Source: Candidatus Micrarchaeota archaeon (lineage in GTDB: Archaea; Micrarchaeota; Micrarchaeia; Anstonellales; Bilamarchaeaceae). Taken from it: DNA of 64,000 nt. Position numbers and translations under genes: made by a program. Location: the NCBI GenBank assembly GCA_043821365.1, contig JBDRCX010000006.1:640001-704000 (forward strand), given 5' to 3'. A model generated the notes under the pieces. It was not told the DNA's origin. It did no database searches and saw only the letters and a program-made list of their open reading frames with translations. Positions 39,080 through 49,358 of this stretch are shown in pieces (the stretch's first letter is position 1; every line of letters starts with the position of its first letter).

Positions 39080-40393
39080 ATGATAAATAAATTCATGAGA
39101 AAAGTACTTGTTCTTGGAGCAGCGGGTAGGGACTTTCATAACTATAACATCTTCTTTAGAAATAACAAAAATTACCAAGTAATTGGATTCACAGCAACTC
39201 AGATACCCAATATAACTGGAAGAAAATATCCAAAAGAGCTAGCAGGAAAACTATATCCAAAAGGCATTCCAATCTTTGATGAAAAAAATATGGAGGATTT
39301 AATTGAAAAATATGAAATAGATGAAGTTTATTTTTCCTATTCTGATGTTTCCCATGATTATGTGATGCATTTAGCTTCAAGGGCACAAGCAAAGGGAGCC
39401 AGTTTCATCCTGCTTGGTCCAAGGGAGACAATGCTGAAAAGCACAAAAAAAGTAATTGCAGTTACTGCAGTTAGAACTGGATGTGGAAAAAGCCCATTAT
39501 CTCAGAAAATCTGCAAAATCCTAGTAAAAAATAAGAAAAGAGTTGCAGTCATAAGGCATCCAATGCCATATGGCGATCTAACTAAACAAGAAGTCCAGAG
39601 ATTTGCCAGCTTAGAAGACTTAGACAAGCACAAATGTACAATTGAAGAAAGGGAAGAATATGAGCCACATATACTAAACAAAACCATTGTTTATGCTGGG
39701 GTTGATTATGAAAAAATACTAAGAGAAGCAGAGAAAGAAGCAGATATTATCTTGTGGGATGGTGGAAATAACGATCTCTCATTCATAAAACCAGATCTTC
39801 ATTTTGTTCTTGCAGATGCATTAAGACCAGGTCATGAACTATGGTACTACCCTGGAGAATCAAATTTCAGATCTGCCCATGTAATTGTAATAAACAAAGT
39901 AAGTGAAAACCCATCTGATGTTAAAAGAATACTTATAAATGCAAATAAAGCAAATCCAAAAGCAAGAATAATAGAAACAGATATGGAATTGACTCCATCT
40001 GAAGATATGCTAATTTATGGGAAGAAGGTTGTAGTTATAGAGGACGGGCCAACAGTTACCCATGGTGGAATGAAATTCGGGGCAGGATTTGAGTATGCTG
40101 CAAGAAATGGCGCGGAAATATTAGATCCACGTGGATTTGCCGTTGGAAGCCTCAAGGATATTTATAAAAAATTCGATCATTTGGGGAACATTGTTCCTGC
40201 AATGGGGTATTATGGGAAGCAAATAGAAGAACTTACACAAACCATAAACAACAGCAATGCAGATCTTGTTGTTTCAGGTACTCCTGTTGATATCACAAGG
40301 GTTGTTAAGACCAATATTCCAGTTTTGCACATATCTTATAGCATTAGAGAAAGAGAGCCAGCTATAGAAAAAATAATCAAAAGTTTCCTATGA
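39080..40393 (+). CDS. Cyclic 2,3-diphosphoglycerate synthetase-like P-loop GTPase
   Basis: GAAGRDFHN, AVRTGCGKS, RHPMPYG, WDGGNND, EDGPTVTHGG. Confidence 0.75.
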   Translation: MINKFMRKVLVLGAAGRDFHNYNIFFRNNKNYQVIGFTATQIPNITGRKYPKELAGKLYPKGIPIFDEKNMEDLIEKYEIDEVYFSYSDVSHDYVMHLASRAQAKGASFILLGPRETMLKSTKKVIAVTAVRTGCGKSPLSQKICKILVKNKKRVAVIRHPMPYGDLTKQEVQRFASLEDLDKHKCTIEEREEYEPHILNKTIVYAGVDYEKILREAEKEADIILWDGGNNDLSFIKPDLHFVLADALRPGHELWYYPGESNFRSAHVIVINKVSENPSDVKRILINANKANPKARIIETDMELTPSEDMLIYGKKVVVIEDGPTVTHGGMKFGAGFEYAARNGAEILDPRGFAVGSLKDIYKKFDHLGNIVPAMGYYGKQIEELTQTINNSNADLVVSGTPVDITRVVKTNIPVLHISYSIREREPAIEKIIKSFL

Positions 40394-40876
40394 TCTATTC
40401 TCCCCTTTATACTGTCCTTCATAAAGTTCATCTGTTGCTTCAACAAGCTTTATGAAAACCATCTGGCCAATTTTTGCATTTTTCTTTAGCACAATACCAT
40501 GATTATTATGGACAACTAAAAGAGCCTCACTTCTCCCTTCATATCCTGGATCCCAAACAGCACAATTTAATCCTACTCCACATCTTAAAAGCGAAGAACG
40601 AGGAAAACAAAGTCCAACAACATCCTTTGGAATGCGAACATATTCATTGAAAATAACCTTATATGTCCCTGGTTTTAGCATGATCTTGTCATTTTCATAG
40701 AGAAGTGGTTTAGTTTCACTTATCTTCCTTTCCTTATTGTCAAAATCAATTACTCCAGCAGATTCAAATTGATAAACCTCTTTCAAAGTTATATCAATTC
40801 CAGATGGCTGAAATTGGCTAGAATGTATCCCATCCATTAAATTCGCTTTCTCAAGATGTTGTTTTGGTAAAATCAT
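40388..40876 (-). CDS. Trimeric dUTPase / dCTP deaminase-family protein
   Basis: QPSGIDI, PRSSLLRCG, VWDPGYEG, QMVF, YEGQY. Confidence 0.85.
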   Translation of the reverse strand: MILPKQHLEKANLMDGIHSSQFQPSGIDITLKEVYQFESAGVIDFDNKERKISETKPLLYENDKIMLKPGTYKVIFNEYVRIPKDVVGLCFPRSSLLRCGVGLNCAVWDPGYEGRSEALLVVHNNHGIVLKKNAKIGQMVFIKLVEATDELYEGQYKGENRS

Positions 40877-40877
40877 A

Positions 40878-42416
40878 TTAATCACATGAACCATTATTAC
40901 ATACTGTACCATTTGTACATTCCATAAGAGTGTACTCTATTCCATCTTCAAATGTACAACTGACTCTTCTAACAACTATATCACTGGCGCAAGTATCATA
41001 TTCAGTTGAAACAACAGTACCATTTTGGTAAAAAGAAACTGAACCAAATGTAGAGCTGTTAAGGTGACTATCAATGCAAGTATAAGGGTAAACACATGCA
41101 CCATCAATACATTCAGCATTTTCCATGCATTCATAAAAATCAATTGCTGTTTTTGTACCACTGCAGGAATATTCAGCAACCATAGTATTAGAAGTACAAT
41201 AATCATATTTTACATCTTCTATGGAACTGCTTGATGTTAGGATTATATAGGAAGCGGTTCTGCGTCCATTGTAATAGGCACCACTATCAATATCATAACA
41301 TGATTCTGCTGTTATTTCATAACATTTACCCGAATAGCAAAATTCATCTGATTTGCATTCAACTTCTTCATATTCAATTTTACTATCAACACACTGGTAA
41401 TCTTTTTTTGTCATATAATCGAGGCAGCTATCTGTTGCACTATCTAGTGTTGATGTGCTAGTGTGAAGTTTTACTGTTCTCCCAGAATTTGTCTCTTCAC
41501 AAGTTACATTATCACTATCATAGCATCTTCCATTCTTGCAAATAATCTCGCAAGTTTCATAGTTTGGAATTGATAATCCACCATCACAGGTATAATCCAC
41601 AAGAGTGTATTTGTCATAGCAATAGTCATTGTATACTTGGGTTAGATCTTTGACATATGAAGCATTGTAGACATCAATTCCATCGTCACCATCTAAGCAA
41701 ACAGAGATACACCTTCCTCCACTACAAATCTCATCCGTATTGCACGGAAGTGTTTTGGAATTAATCTCACTACCATTGCAATAATATTCTCTAATAGTTG
41801 TGTTATCAAAACAAGAATCATATTTAGACTGCAGTACCAATCCTTGAGCAGACTGAACTATCTTACCAAGTTCATATTCATCTTCTTCATCAGTTTCTGT
41901 ACATGTTCTTGATGCATTCACACATGCATTCTCCTGACAACTATTACCAATCCCGCAGCTTATCACACTGTTCATCATTTTTCCGCCATCGCATAAATAC
42001 TCCAATACACTTGTTTGGCTGTTACACGAATCGCGGTATGTTTCATTTTGAGAAGTAACAAAACCAGAAACATAGACATTTGCCCCTCCATCGCTATCAA
42101 TACAGAAATCTTCTATTGTTCTATTATCTTGTACAATATTTATTATGCATGCTCCGTCTGTGCACACTGTTCCATTTGGACATGTCATAGTTTCAAAATT
42201 TACTGTATCATTATAACAAAAATATTCAGTCAATGAATTGTTTTCACAAAAATCAGTGTAACTTCCTAGTGATCCTTTGATAAAAATATTCGCTCCTCCA
42301 TCACTATCCGTACAATTTGGCATAGTTATGTTTGATTGTTGGGTGGTATTTTGCTGATGGGTGGTTGTTATGCAACCAAATAATAGTAATAAAGCAGTGA
42401 ATATGTAACGTGACAT
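40878..42416 (-). CDS. Cys-rich repeat surface lipoprotein
   Basis: LLLLFGC lipobox; repeated C.DSDGG...D.C......EY.C...C..G.C units. Confidence 0.75.
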   Translation of the reverse strand: MSRYIFTALLLLFGCITTTHQQNTTQQSNITMPNCTDSDGGANIFIKGSLGSYTDFCENNSLTEYFCYNDTVNFETMTCPNGTVCTDGACIINIVQDNRTIEDFCIDSDGGANVYVSGFVTSQNETYRDSCNSQTSVLEYLCDGGKMMNSVISCGIGNSCQENACVNASRTCTETDEEDEYELGKIVQSAQGLVLQSKYDSCFDNTTIREYYCNGSEINSKTLPCNTDEICSGGRCISVCLDGDDGIDVYNASYVKDLTQVYNDYCYDKYTLVDYTCDGGLSIPNYETCEIICKNGRCYDSDNVTCEETNSGRTVKLHTSTSTLDSATDSCLDYMTKKDYQCVDSKIEYEEVECKSDEFCYSGKCYEITAESCYDIDSGAYYNGRRTASYIILTSSSSIEDVKYDYCTSNTMVAEYSCSGTKTAIDFYECMENAECIDGACVYPYTCIDSHLNSSTFGSVSFYQNGTVVSTEYDTCASDIVVRRVSCTFEDGIEYTLMECTNGTVCNNGSCD

Positions 42417-42466
42417 GGAAAGCTATCGTTCAAAACATTTATAACACTTCAAATGAAACCATATGC

Positions 42467-43000
42467 ATGAAGGAATTAATCAGGAAACTTTTTGTGCTTC
42501 AAATTGTGCAAGGCGGTATTCCAGATGATGTTTATCACTTTTTAGAAGATAATGAAAAAAAACTACTTATAGAAGAAAATGGTAGATTTTTTTTGAAAAA
42601 AGATAAAAGAGCAAAGATAAAAGTGGTACTTACTGGAGGTGTATTTGATATCCTTCATATAGGGCACATAATCACATTAAATGAAGCTAAAAAACATGGT
42701 GATGTTCTAGTGGTTGCAATTGCAAAAGATGAACACATAATGAAAAAAGGAAGGGATCCAATCCATCCTCAAGAATATAGGAAAATCATGGTGGAAGCAC
42801 TAAAATCAGTTGATATTGCATTGGCAGGTTTTGATGATCCTCAAGACCTTATAACATTAGTAAAACCAGATCTTATTGTCTATGGGTATGACCAAAAGGA
42901 ATTTCTAAGACCAGAAGGGGTAGAAGTTATCAAATTAAATAAAAAAATAGACGATTCAAAGTTTAAAACAGGCAAAATCTTAGATAATTTTGGAATATGA
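42467..43000 (+). CDS. Cytidylyltransferase-superfamily protein (FAD synthetase RibL-like)
   Basis: GGVFDILHIGH (HxGH); KPDLIVYGYDQ. Confidence 0.8.
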   Translation: MKELIRKLFVLQIVQGGIPDDVYHFLEDNEKKLLIEENGRFFLKKDKRAKIKVVLTGGVFDILHIGHIITLNEAKKHGDVLVVAIAKDEHIMKKGRDPIHPQEYRKIMVEALKSVDIALAGFDDPQDLITLVKPDLIVYGYDQKEFLRPEGVEVIKLNKKIDDSKFKTGKILDNFGI

Positions 43001-43021
43001 ACTCACATTTATAAACATTTT

Positions 43022-43420
43022 ATGAGTCTTAAACTCATGGTAATTGGTCAGTTTAGGTCTACAATGAAAAGTCGTGAAGATGAATTCGAGTCAGCAACCA
43101 TAGAAAAACCTCCACAACAAAACAAATCATCGACTTCAGAAGAATTCATAAAAACCCCAGAAGCAAGAAGGTTTGTTGAAAAATGGGCAAAAAAAACCAA
43201 AGAAGGAAAGCACATGTACACTAAAAGAGGTATCATAGCTCTTCTTGGTTCTATATTCAAAATATCAAGTCTAGATTCAGATAAATCTGTTTTAGATACT
43301 TCAGAAGAGCTATTGAGTATGCTTGGCGGAATGGATGGATTACAAGGCTTCCTTATGGGTTGGAAAGCAAAATCCGAAGGTCTTATTACTGCACTTAAAA
43401 CAGCAATAGGAGCTAAATAA
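43022..43420 (+). CDS. Hypothetical protein
   Basis: 132-aa ORF after a tttataaa box; no recognisable motif. Confidence 0.5.
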   Translation: MSLKLMVIGQFRSTMKSREDEFESATIEKPPQQNKSSTSEEFIKTPEARRFVEKWAKKTKEGKHMYTKRGIIALLGSIFKISSLDSDKSVLDTSEELLSMLGGMDGLQGFLMGWKAKSEGLITALKTAIGAK

Positions 43421-43487
43421 CGCATTTTATCTTTTTATATAACTTTAAAAATACGTTCACACCTAATCAGTATGAGGCGGGAGGTAA

Positions 43488-44558
43488 ATGCGAAATAAAG
43501 AATACCTAGGGCGAATGGCAACTGCCAAACACCGCAAAGTACTCCAGAAAGCAATTGAAAGAGCAAAAGTTTTACATTCTACTTTTGGCGAAAAAGCAAC
43601 CCCTCTTCTTAGAACCCATGAAGGCGCAGATCCTGATGGAATAGGTGCAATGAAATTTCTTCAAGGTTATCTAGAAGCAAGATACCAGTTGGCATCCCAT
43701 ATCTATACTGGTCCAATATTGTTTACATCACGTCCTCTTGCAAATCGATTGGCTATTGACGCAGTTGATGTACCAACAACTGAAGGAATGCTTTTTGTTT
43801 TAGATACATGTGCAAAGCCTCTTCTCAATGGTAATGATTTTGTTCGTGATAGAACCACAGTAATCGATCACCATGTACCTGATATTACTTCTATAGATGC
43901 TGCTTTTATGGTAAGAAATCCAAATGCAGTATCAACATGCGAAATGCTTGCATCTTTGGTTCCTTTGAAATATATAAATGAAGAAGGAGCATTTGCCCTT
44001 GCAGTTGGAATAGCAAGTGATACTGAGAGACTTAGGGTTGCTGAAAGAAGAACAATTGCAATTTTTGAAAGACTGCTTAGAATAGCAAAAGTAAAACGGT
44101 CTGATGTTGATGAATTGGCTGATCCTGCTTGGGATCCAAGAAGAGTTTTGGCAATTGGGAGTGATATGAAAAATGTTCTTTGGGACAGCTATCTGAAAAA
44201 TGGAAAAGAGTGGGTATTTGCAGTTGGTTTAAGCACAATTGAGATGCCATTTGTACTTGCAGATGCACTTAGAAAATTAAATACAAATATATCAGTTGCA
44301 TTGAGCGAAATAGCTGAAGGAAGATTTAAATTGTCAGTCAGAATTGGTTTTGCTGAAGCAGATCAGACAGGGGTACATGCAAATGATATTGCAAGAGTAA
44401 TTAGTCTAAAATTGGATCTACCTCAGGAGCAATGGGGTGGTGGGGAAATTGACCGTGCCGGTGCAATCGTGGTTGGTTCAATAGAGAGGATTGTTAATAT
44501 TACTAATTTGGCAATTACTGAAGTTATAGATGCTGCAGCTAGAAAAATAGATTTTTAA
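43488..44558 (+). CDS. DHH-family phosphoesterase
   Basis: THEGADPDG, VLDT, IDHH, GIASDT; DHHA1-like GGG near the C-terminus. Confidence 0.85.
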   Translation: MRNKEYLGRMATAKHRKVLQKAIERAKVLHSTFGEKATPLLRTHEGADPDGIGAMKFLQGYLEARYQLASHIYTGPILFTSRPLANRLAIDAVDVPTTEGMLFVLDTCAKPLLNGNDFVRDRTTVIDHHVPDITSIDAAFMVRNPNAVSTCEMLASLVPLKYINEEGAFALAVGIASDTERLRVAERRTIAIFERLLRIAKVKRSDVDELADPAWDPRRVLAIGSDMKNVLWDSYLKNGKEWVFAVGLSTIEMPFVLADALRKLNTNISVALSEIAEGRFKLSVRIGFAEADQTGVHANDIARVISLKLDLPQEQWGGGEIDRAGAIVVGSIERIVNITNLAITEVIDAAARKIDF

Positions 44559-44586
44559 ATATAAAGTGATAACAAAACAACTTGAT

Positions 44587-44851
44587 GCCTCGGTAGCTCA
44601 GTCCGCCTTTTAGAAAAAGGCGGCCCAAAACTTATTGTTGAACACTTCGTGTTTTGGGTACGTCGTCTGTTAAAAGGCTGGAGTAACCGGTAGAGCGGCT
44701 GACTGTTACAAACTTTTTTGGAAAAAAAGTTTGATCAAAAAACTTTTAACGAGTTTTTTATCATTTTAGGAAATAGCAAGCAAGTTTTTGCGCCGCTTTT
44801 TCCTAAAAAGCGGCAATCAGCAGGCCGGAAGTTCGAGTCTTCCCCGGGGCG
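44587..44851 (+). tRNA. tRNA-Asn(GTT) with two introns: D-loop (about 44604-44687) and 37/38 (44709-44815)
   Basis: Acceptor GCCTCGG/CCGGGGC; D stem GCTC/GAGC; anticodon stem GCTGA/TCAGC with CTGTTA|A; T arm GGAAG-TTCGAGT-CTTCC. D-loop junctions are approximate. Confidence 0.85.
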
Positions 44852-44893
44852 AACGAAGTGAGCCACGGGGGATGGGTGGCCAAAAGCCAACCA

Positions 44894-44906
44894 CTTCCCC
44901 GGGGCG
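44894..44906 (+). repeat. Exact duplicate of the tRNA-Asn 3' end (att-like scar)
   Basis: CTTCCCCGGGGCG at 44839-44851 and 44894-44906. Confidence 0.75.
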
Positions 44907-44916
44907 TTTTTGTTTA

Positions 44917-45873
44917 CTAATTCTCCCACCACTGGCCTATAAAGTATATTTTCGAGTCATCTTTAGAAAAAATTGGAGAGTGGCACAGGAATTCAGGTGG
45001 AAAGTAACTTGGAGTTATGTCCCTACTATTAGTGCCGTCACTATCTATAATATAAATATCATACTTTCCTTGGTTATTTATTGCTGCAACTGTGTAAACT
45101 ATTTTATCTCCTGAATAAGACCAGCTTGCAAGACCTTGTGCATAGCCAGTATTTGTCAAGCGTTTTTCATCAGTTCCATCTGAATTAATAACAAATAAAT
45201 TGTATGCTCCATTGGAAACATTAGGATCTTCCAAACGTTCAAAAACTATTTTTTTACCATCAACACTCAAGCGTGGATCATAGTCTCCTATTGGAAGATT
45301 TGCACTTCCCCATACTCCTCCATTTACAGGATTTGTGATAGTTTTTGCTTCAGTGCCATCATCTTTCATAACCCATATTTTGGACCCAGATGTAAAAGCA
45401 ATAATGTTCTGTTTCCAATCAATGTCTGCATCATGAGAACCAGAATCATATAATTTGCTCTCATTATTCCCACCAATCACATATATATCCAAGTCATTAT
45501 CTCGCATTGAAAGGAATGCTATTTTGCTACCATCCTGAGACCATGCCGGGTAAAGATCCCAAAATGAGTTGTTTGTAATTCTTTGCAGACCACTACCATC
45601 AATATTTATGGTAAATATCTCTGAATTTTCATTAGCATTTCCATCAATCTTTCCAGAAAAAACAAATTTGTCACCTTTGCTGTTTAGTCGTAAAGATGAA
45701 GTATATACTTCATTTGGAAAACTATAGATTAGGGTAACATTTCCTGTTTGAATATCTAGTTCATATATCCCAAATTCATTCTGATGCGGTACAGTCTGGA
45801 CTGGTTCTGGTGAAATTTCATTCTGGGTACATCCAACAAGAAAAATTAATAAAAATAATATAACATATCTCAT
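44917..45873 (-). CDS. TolB-like (PD40) beta-propeller lipoprotein
   Basis: FLVGC lipobox; repeated PAWSQDGSKIAF-type units. Confidence 0.85.
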   Translation of the reverse strand: MRYVILFLLIFLVGCTQNEISPEPVQTVPHQNEFGIYELDIQTGNVTLIYSFPNEVYTSSLRLNSKGDKFVFSGKIDGNANENSEIFTINIDGSGLQRITNNSFWDLYPAWSQDGSKIAFLSMRDNDLDIYVIGGNNESKLYDSGSHDADIDWKQNIIAFTSGSKIWVMKDDGTEAKTITNPVNGGVWGSANLPIGDYDPRLSVDGKKIVFERLEDPNVSNGAYNLFVINSDGTDEKRLTNTGYAQGLASWSYSGDKIVYTVAAINNQGKYDIYIIDSDGTNSRDITPSYFPPEFLCHSPIFSKDDSKIYFIGQWWEN

Positions 45874-45972
45874 TTCAACACCATTGGAATATCCTAAACC
45901 ATAACTATTAATCTTTGCAGGATTTGCCAACTCCGTAAAGCTTTTAATAAATAGAGACGGTGTATAATCGGA

Positions 45973-47634
45973 GTGAATTTGATGGATTATATGAAGATCG
46001 GATTGATTTTTATTTTGGTGACAGTGTCTTTGGCATATGCAGGATTCTTAGACCCTATTCTTGATCCTATAGAGAATTTTTTCAGAAATCTAACTAATCA
46101 AGTTGAAGCAGAATTAGACAGGACCAGAGTTGGGCGTGAACTCAATAGAATCATAGAAGACATTGAAGGGGTTGCGCGCATAGTCAATGAGATTCAATCA
46201 ATTGCAACTGTATTAAGCAGCGTCAGTCCGCCTATAGCTATAATCAACCTTGCCACTCAGTATGGCCATGATCCAAGTGATCTTTTTGATAGATTTAAGG
46301 AGAGAGTACATTCTCTTGAAAACAATTATCCTGGTTCTGGAGGAGGTTCAAGTGGAAATCTTTCAAACACTGAAATAGCAGCTGCGTTGCAATCAGTTTT
46401 AGAAGAACCAGCACTACCAACTGGGGTGTATATGGGAGATGATTGTATTATTGACCTTACTCAATGTGATTTTAACGATCCATCTAGAGCTAGTCAATAT
46501 CGTGATAGTTTTTTCAGTTATTCATGTTATGTTGAGGGTATTGTTGCTAAGAAAAGTGCTAGTGGACTTAACCGTGCAACCTGTAGGGCAACATGGATAA
46601 ATACCTGGAGCGGTAATGTTGCACCGGTCCATTTCCTATATGATAATCAATTTGCAAACTACTATTGGGACCAATGTGCTAGGGTATATCTAACAAGTGA
46701 AGAACAAAATAATTTTATGCAGAATAAAAACTGTGAGCAACCCATTGCAAGACATGATCTTGGAGATATTTGTGCAGTTGACTATACAACCTGCCCAGCA
46801 AACTCCACTGCATTGTCGAATGCGCACAGAGTTGGTACCATAGCCTATGATAGAATTCCAGGAACAACCAGAAGAAGCTATTTCTGTGAATTACCATTCT
46901 ATGGTTGGGTGGCTCTTGATTCAAGTTTGAGACAATCATGTGAAGTTGTTTATGTTGGGCAGAGGGAAGTTGATGGACTTTTAGCCGCACAACCTGAAGT
47001 ATTAATCCCTCCAATCACCCCGCCAATCACTCCACCACCACCTGTTCAAACTACTCCGCCATCCCCAACTGAAGGATTAAACAACACAGGTACTTTGAGA
47101 TTTCCAATGACAAGACTCGGGGATTTGCCGATGTATGTTCCTCCCCCATCTTCAGAAAAAATAGTTTATGGAAGATACAATGCTCTTGACATAACTCCAA
47201 CTGTTTACAAACAGAAAAAAATAGCCGCAGATGTATCTGGAGAGAAGAATCTCTCTCTTCTTGATGAAGTTAAGGCTAAGTTGGTTGGACAGACTATACC
47301 TGATTCAACTATGCTATTATTTGGTAATGAAAAAACTCAACTAGAAGTGCGTATGAATGATGGAAATGCATATTATTTTTGTATGGATATCTCTGATGGC
47401 GTAATAAAATCACTTGACCAATGCAAAAAAGATGATCCAAACTTCAGTCCAACTCTTCTAGTTTCAGTATCGCAAACAGTTCTGCAACAATTAAAAGCAG
47501 GAGAAGATCCAGAAATCTTCTTCGAAGCTGTTGATCAAGGCAGAGCAGATTATGAAGGTGTTGGTTTCTTCAACAAATTGAAATATGATATCTTGACATT
47601 CATGGAGAAAGTTGGTCTATTTTCGTTAGGGTGA
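45973..47634 (+). CDS. Secreted hypothetical protein with a Cys-rich middle domain and Pro-rich linker
   Basis: Signal-like segment, multiple Cys, PPITPPITPPPP linker. Confidence 0.65.
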   Translation: MNLMDYMKIGLIFILVTVSLAYAGFLDPILDPIENFFRNLTNQVEAELDRTRVGRELNRIIEDIEGVARIVNEIQSIATVLSSVSPPIAIINLATQYGHDPSDLFDRFKERVHSLENNYPGSGGGSSGNLSNTEIAAALQSVLEEPALPTGVYMGDDCIIDLTQCDFNDPSRASQYRDSFFSYSCYVEGIVAKKSASGLNRATCRATWINTWSGNVAPVHFLYDNQFANYYWDQCARVYLTSEEQNNFMQNKNCEQPIARHDLGDICAVDYTTCPANSTALSNAHRVGTIAYDRIPGTTRRSYFCELPFYGWVALDSSLRQSCEVVYVGQREVDGLLAAQPEVLIPPITPPITPPPPVQTTPPSPTEGLNNTGTLRFPMTRLGDLPMYVPPPSSEKIVYGRYNALDITPTVYKQKKIAADVSGEKNLSLLDEVKAKLVGQTIPDSTMLLFGNEKTQLEVRMNDGNAYYFCMDISDGVIKSLDQCKKDDPNFSPTLLVSVSQTVLQQLKAGEDPEIFFEAVDQGRADYEGVGFFNKLKYDILTFMEKVGLFSLG

Positions 47635-47638
47635 TAAA

Positions 47639-47998
47639 ATGAAAAAAACTGTTCTGTTATTCTTGGGTGTGGTGGTTCTGGTTGTTCTTTTAGTTTTGAT
47701 TTTATCACTTAATCAAAAAGAAGAAGGTCCAGAGCTTCTTGAATATTATAAGGTTCTTGCAGAACAATGCGAAGCAAAGGGAAGTTACAGTTGTTGTATG
47801 GCTTCAGTAAATAACATGGCTGCTTATAATTACATGCTTGAACCAGCAACTGGGTGTCCTTCTGGGTATCAGAGAAATATGCTAAAATGCATTGATACTT
47901 TTGTCTGGTGCGAGAAAATGGATGTAATTCTGCCAATCAATAATACTAATCAGACTGTCGTAAATAATACGCAAAACAATACTTCTGTTGTGTCATAA
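47639..47998 (+). CDS. Small membrane-anchored Cys-rich hypothetical protein
   Basis: N-terminal TM; six Cys. Confidence 0.6.
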   Translation: MKKTVLLFLGVVVLVVLLVLILSLNQKEEGPELLEYYKVLAEQCEAKGSYSCCMASVNNMAAYNYMLEPATGCPSGYQRNMLKCIDTFVWCEKMDVILPINNTNQTVVNNTQNNTSVVS

Positions 47999-48053
47999 TC
48001 AATATCTGGTGAGTTTCGACAAGAATATAAAAACAAACCAATCAAATCTTTCT

Positions 48054-48902
48054 ATGGCTCAAAAACAAGCAGAAGGAGCAAAAACAGTACTTGAACAACC
48101 AGGTGTTTTTGCAATAAAAAAATTACAAGATGGTGGCTATTCACTTACTGTTCATTATTTGGATAGTTCTAGTGGCATGCAAGAAAGGGCTCAACAAACT
48201 ATTAGAATAACAGAGACAATGTTCAATAAATTCAGACAGGCTTTGGCTGGAGATGCAAGAATAACATTAAGAAAAAACGGGACAATTGAACCATTCCAAC
48301 CTGAAGAACTTGCAAGAGCACTTATTGGAAACAAATTTATGGGGGATTATAATCTAGGAAAAACACTTGATGATCAGGCAGTGCCTCGTGCCATTTCTCC
48401 ACAACTTAAAGAAAGAATTAGAGGAAAACTTCAATCTTCTGGAATTTATGAAAATGCATTAATTGGTCTCACACAATGGTTTGAACAGATTCAATCAGAA
48501 ATTCCAGGTGCTACAATTCCTGCTGGTTTTAAGCTATCTGTTGGCAGGGATGAAGTAACAGTAACATTAAGATTAGATGATAATAATCGCTCAGTAAGAG
48601 TTGTAAATCAAGATGGTGAAACTCGTTCTATTGCTGTTCTACCAGAAGTTATTACACTAAGATTGAATGAATTCGTTATTGATGGTTTGGATAATCATGA
48701 TCCTGAAACAATATTACGTGCAGTTGAAATGCAGATTAAAGCATGCGCAATGGTACCTCTGAGAGATTTGGGATTTGAAGGGAATGATACACTTCGCAAA
48801 GCCAGCCAGCTTGCAACAAGAATCCTAGGTAGCGAAGATGAAAGAACAGATTTAGCATCACAGTTGGGACGTGAGATAAGTAGGACACTTAGAGAAAGTT
48901 AA
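48054..48902 (+). CDS. Hypothetical protein
   Basis: Long ORF, start placed at MAQKQ; no motif recognised. Confidence 0.6.
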   Translation: MAQKQAEGAKTVLEQPGVFAIKKLQDGGYSLTVHYLDSSSGMQERAQQTIRITETMFNKFRQALAGDARITLRKNGTIEPFQPEELARALIGNKFMGDYNLGKTLDDQAVPRAISPQLKERIRGKLQSSGIYENALIGLTQWFEQIQSEIPGATIPAGFKLSVGRDEVTVTLRLDDNNRSVRVVNQDGETRSIAVLPEVITLRLNEFVIDGLDNHDPETILRAVEMQIKACAMVPLRDLGFEGNDTLRKASQLATRILGSEDERTDLASQLGREISRTLRES

Positions 48903-48934
48903 CTTATTATAAGTTTTCTGATGAACTAGATTGT

Positions 48935-49357
48935 ATGAAAAACATATATTTTTTACTTGCTGCTAGTTTTTTGGTCTTTTTTGGCTGCTTTGGTCCAAAT
49001 CCACCAGACAATTTATATTCATACAAAGGCGTAACAGTTGCTGCTGATTCTATTCCTGACCAGTGTCAGAATAAAGAAGATTGTGAAATGTTCTCTTGTA
49101 TGGTGTCTCAGTGTTGGTGCAAATCTGGTGGAGTATTTTACCTTTCTAATATCACTGTTTATGATGAGAGTGGGGCAGAGAATCTTGTAATGAACTATCT
49201 TGACTCTAATTCAATAACTTATAATCAATCTTCAATCAGAGCAGTGAGTCTGGATTCGATTTTCTATAATGTATTCTACGATGATCTATCAAACAATGAA
49301 CATGTCCTTACTGTGGCTGTTGACGGCACAATAATGGAAACTGTATGTGGTGTTTAA
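48935..49357 (+). CDS. Hypothetical lipoprotein
   Basis: VFFGC lipobox; Cys cluster. Confidence 0.65.
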   Translation: MKNIYFLLAASFLVFFGCFGPNPPDNLYSYKGVTVAADSIPDQCQNKEDCEMFSCMVSQCWCKSGGVFYLSNITVYDESGAENLVMNYLDSNSITYNQSSIRAVSLDSIFYNVFYDDLSNNEHVLTVAVDGTIMETVCGV

Positions 49358-49358
49358 T

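Noticed and set aside
43474-43486. 13-mer GAGGCGGGAGGTA also present at 53052-53064
   Set aside because: Shine-Dalgarno-like purine run; a two-copy match with no shared context.
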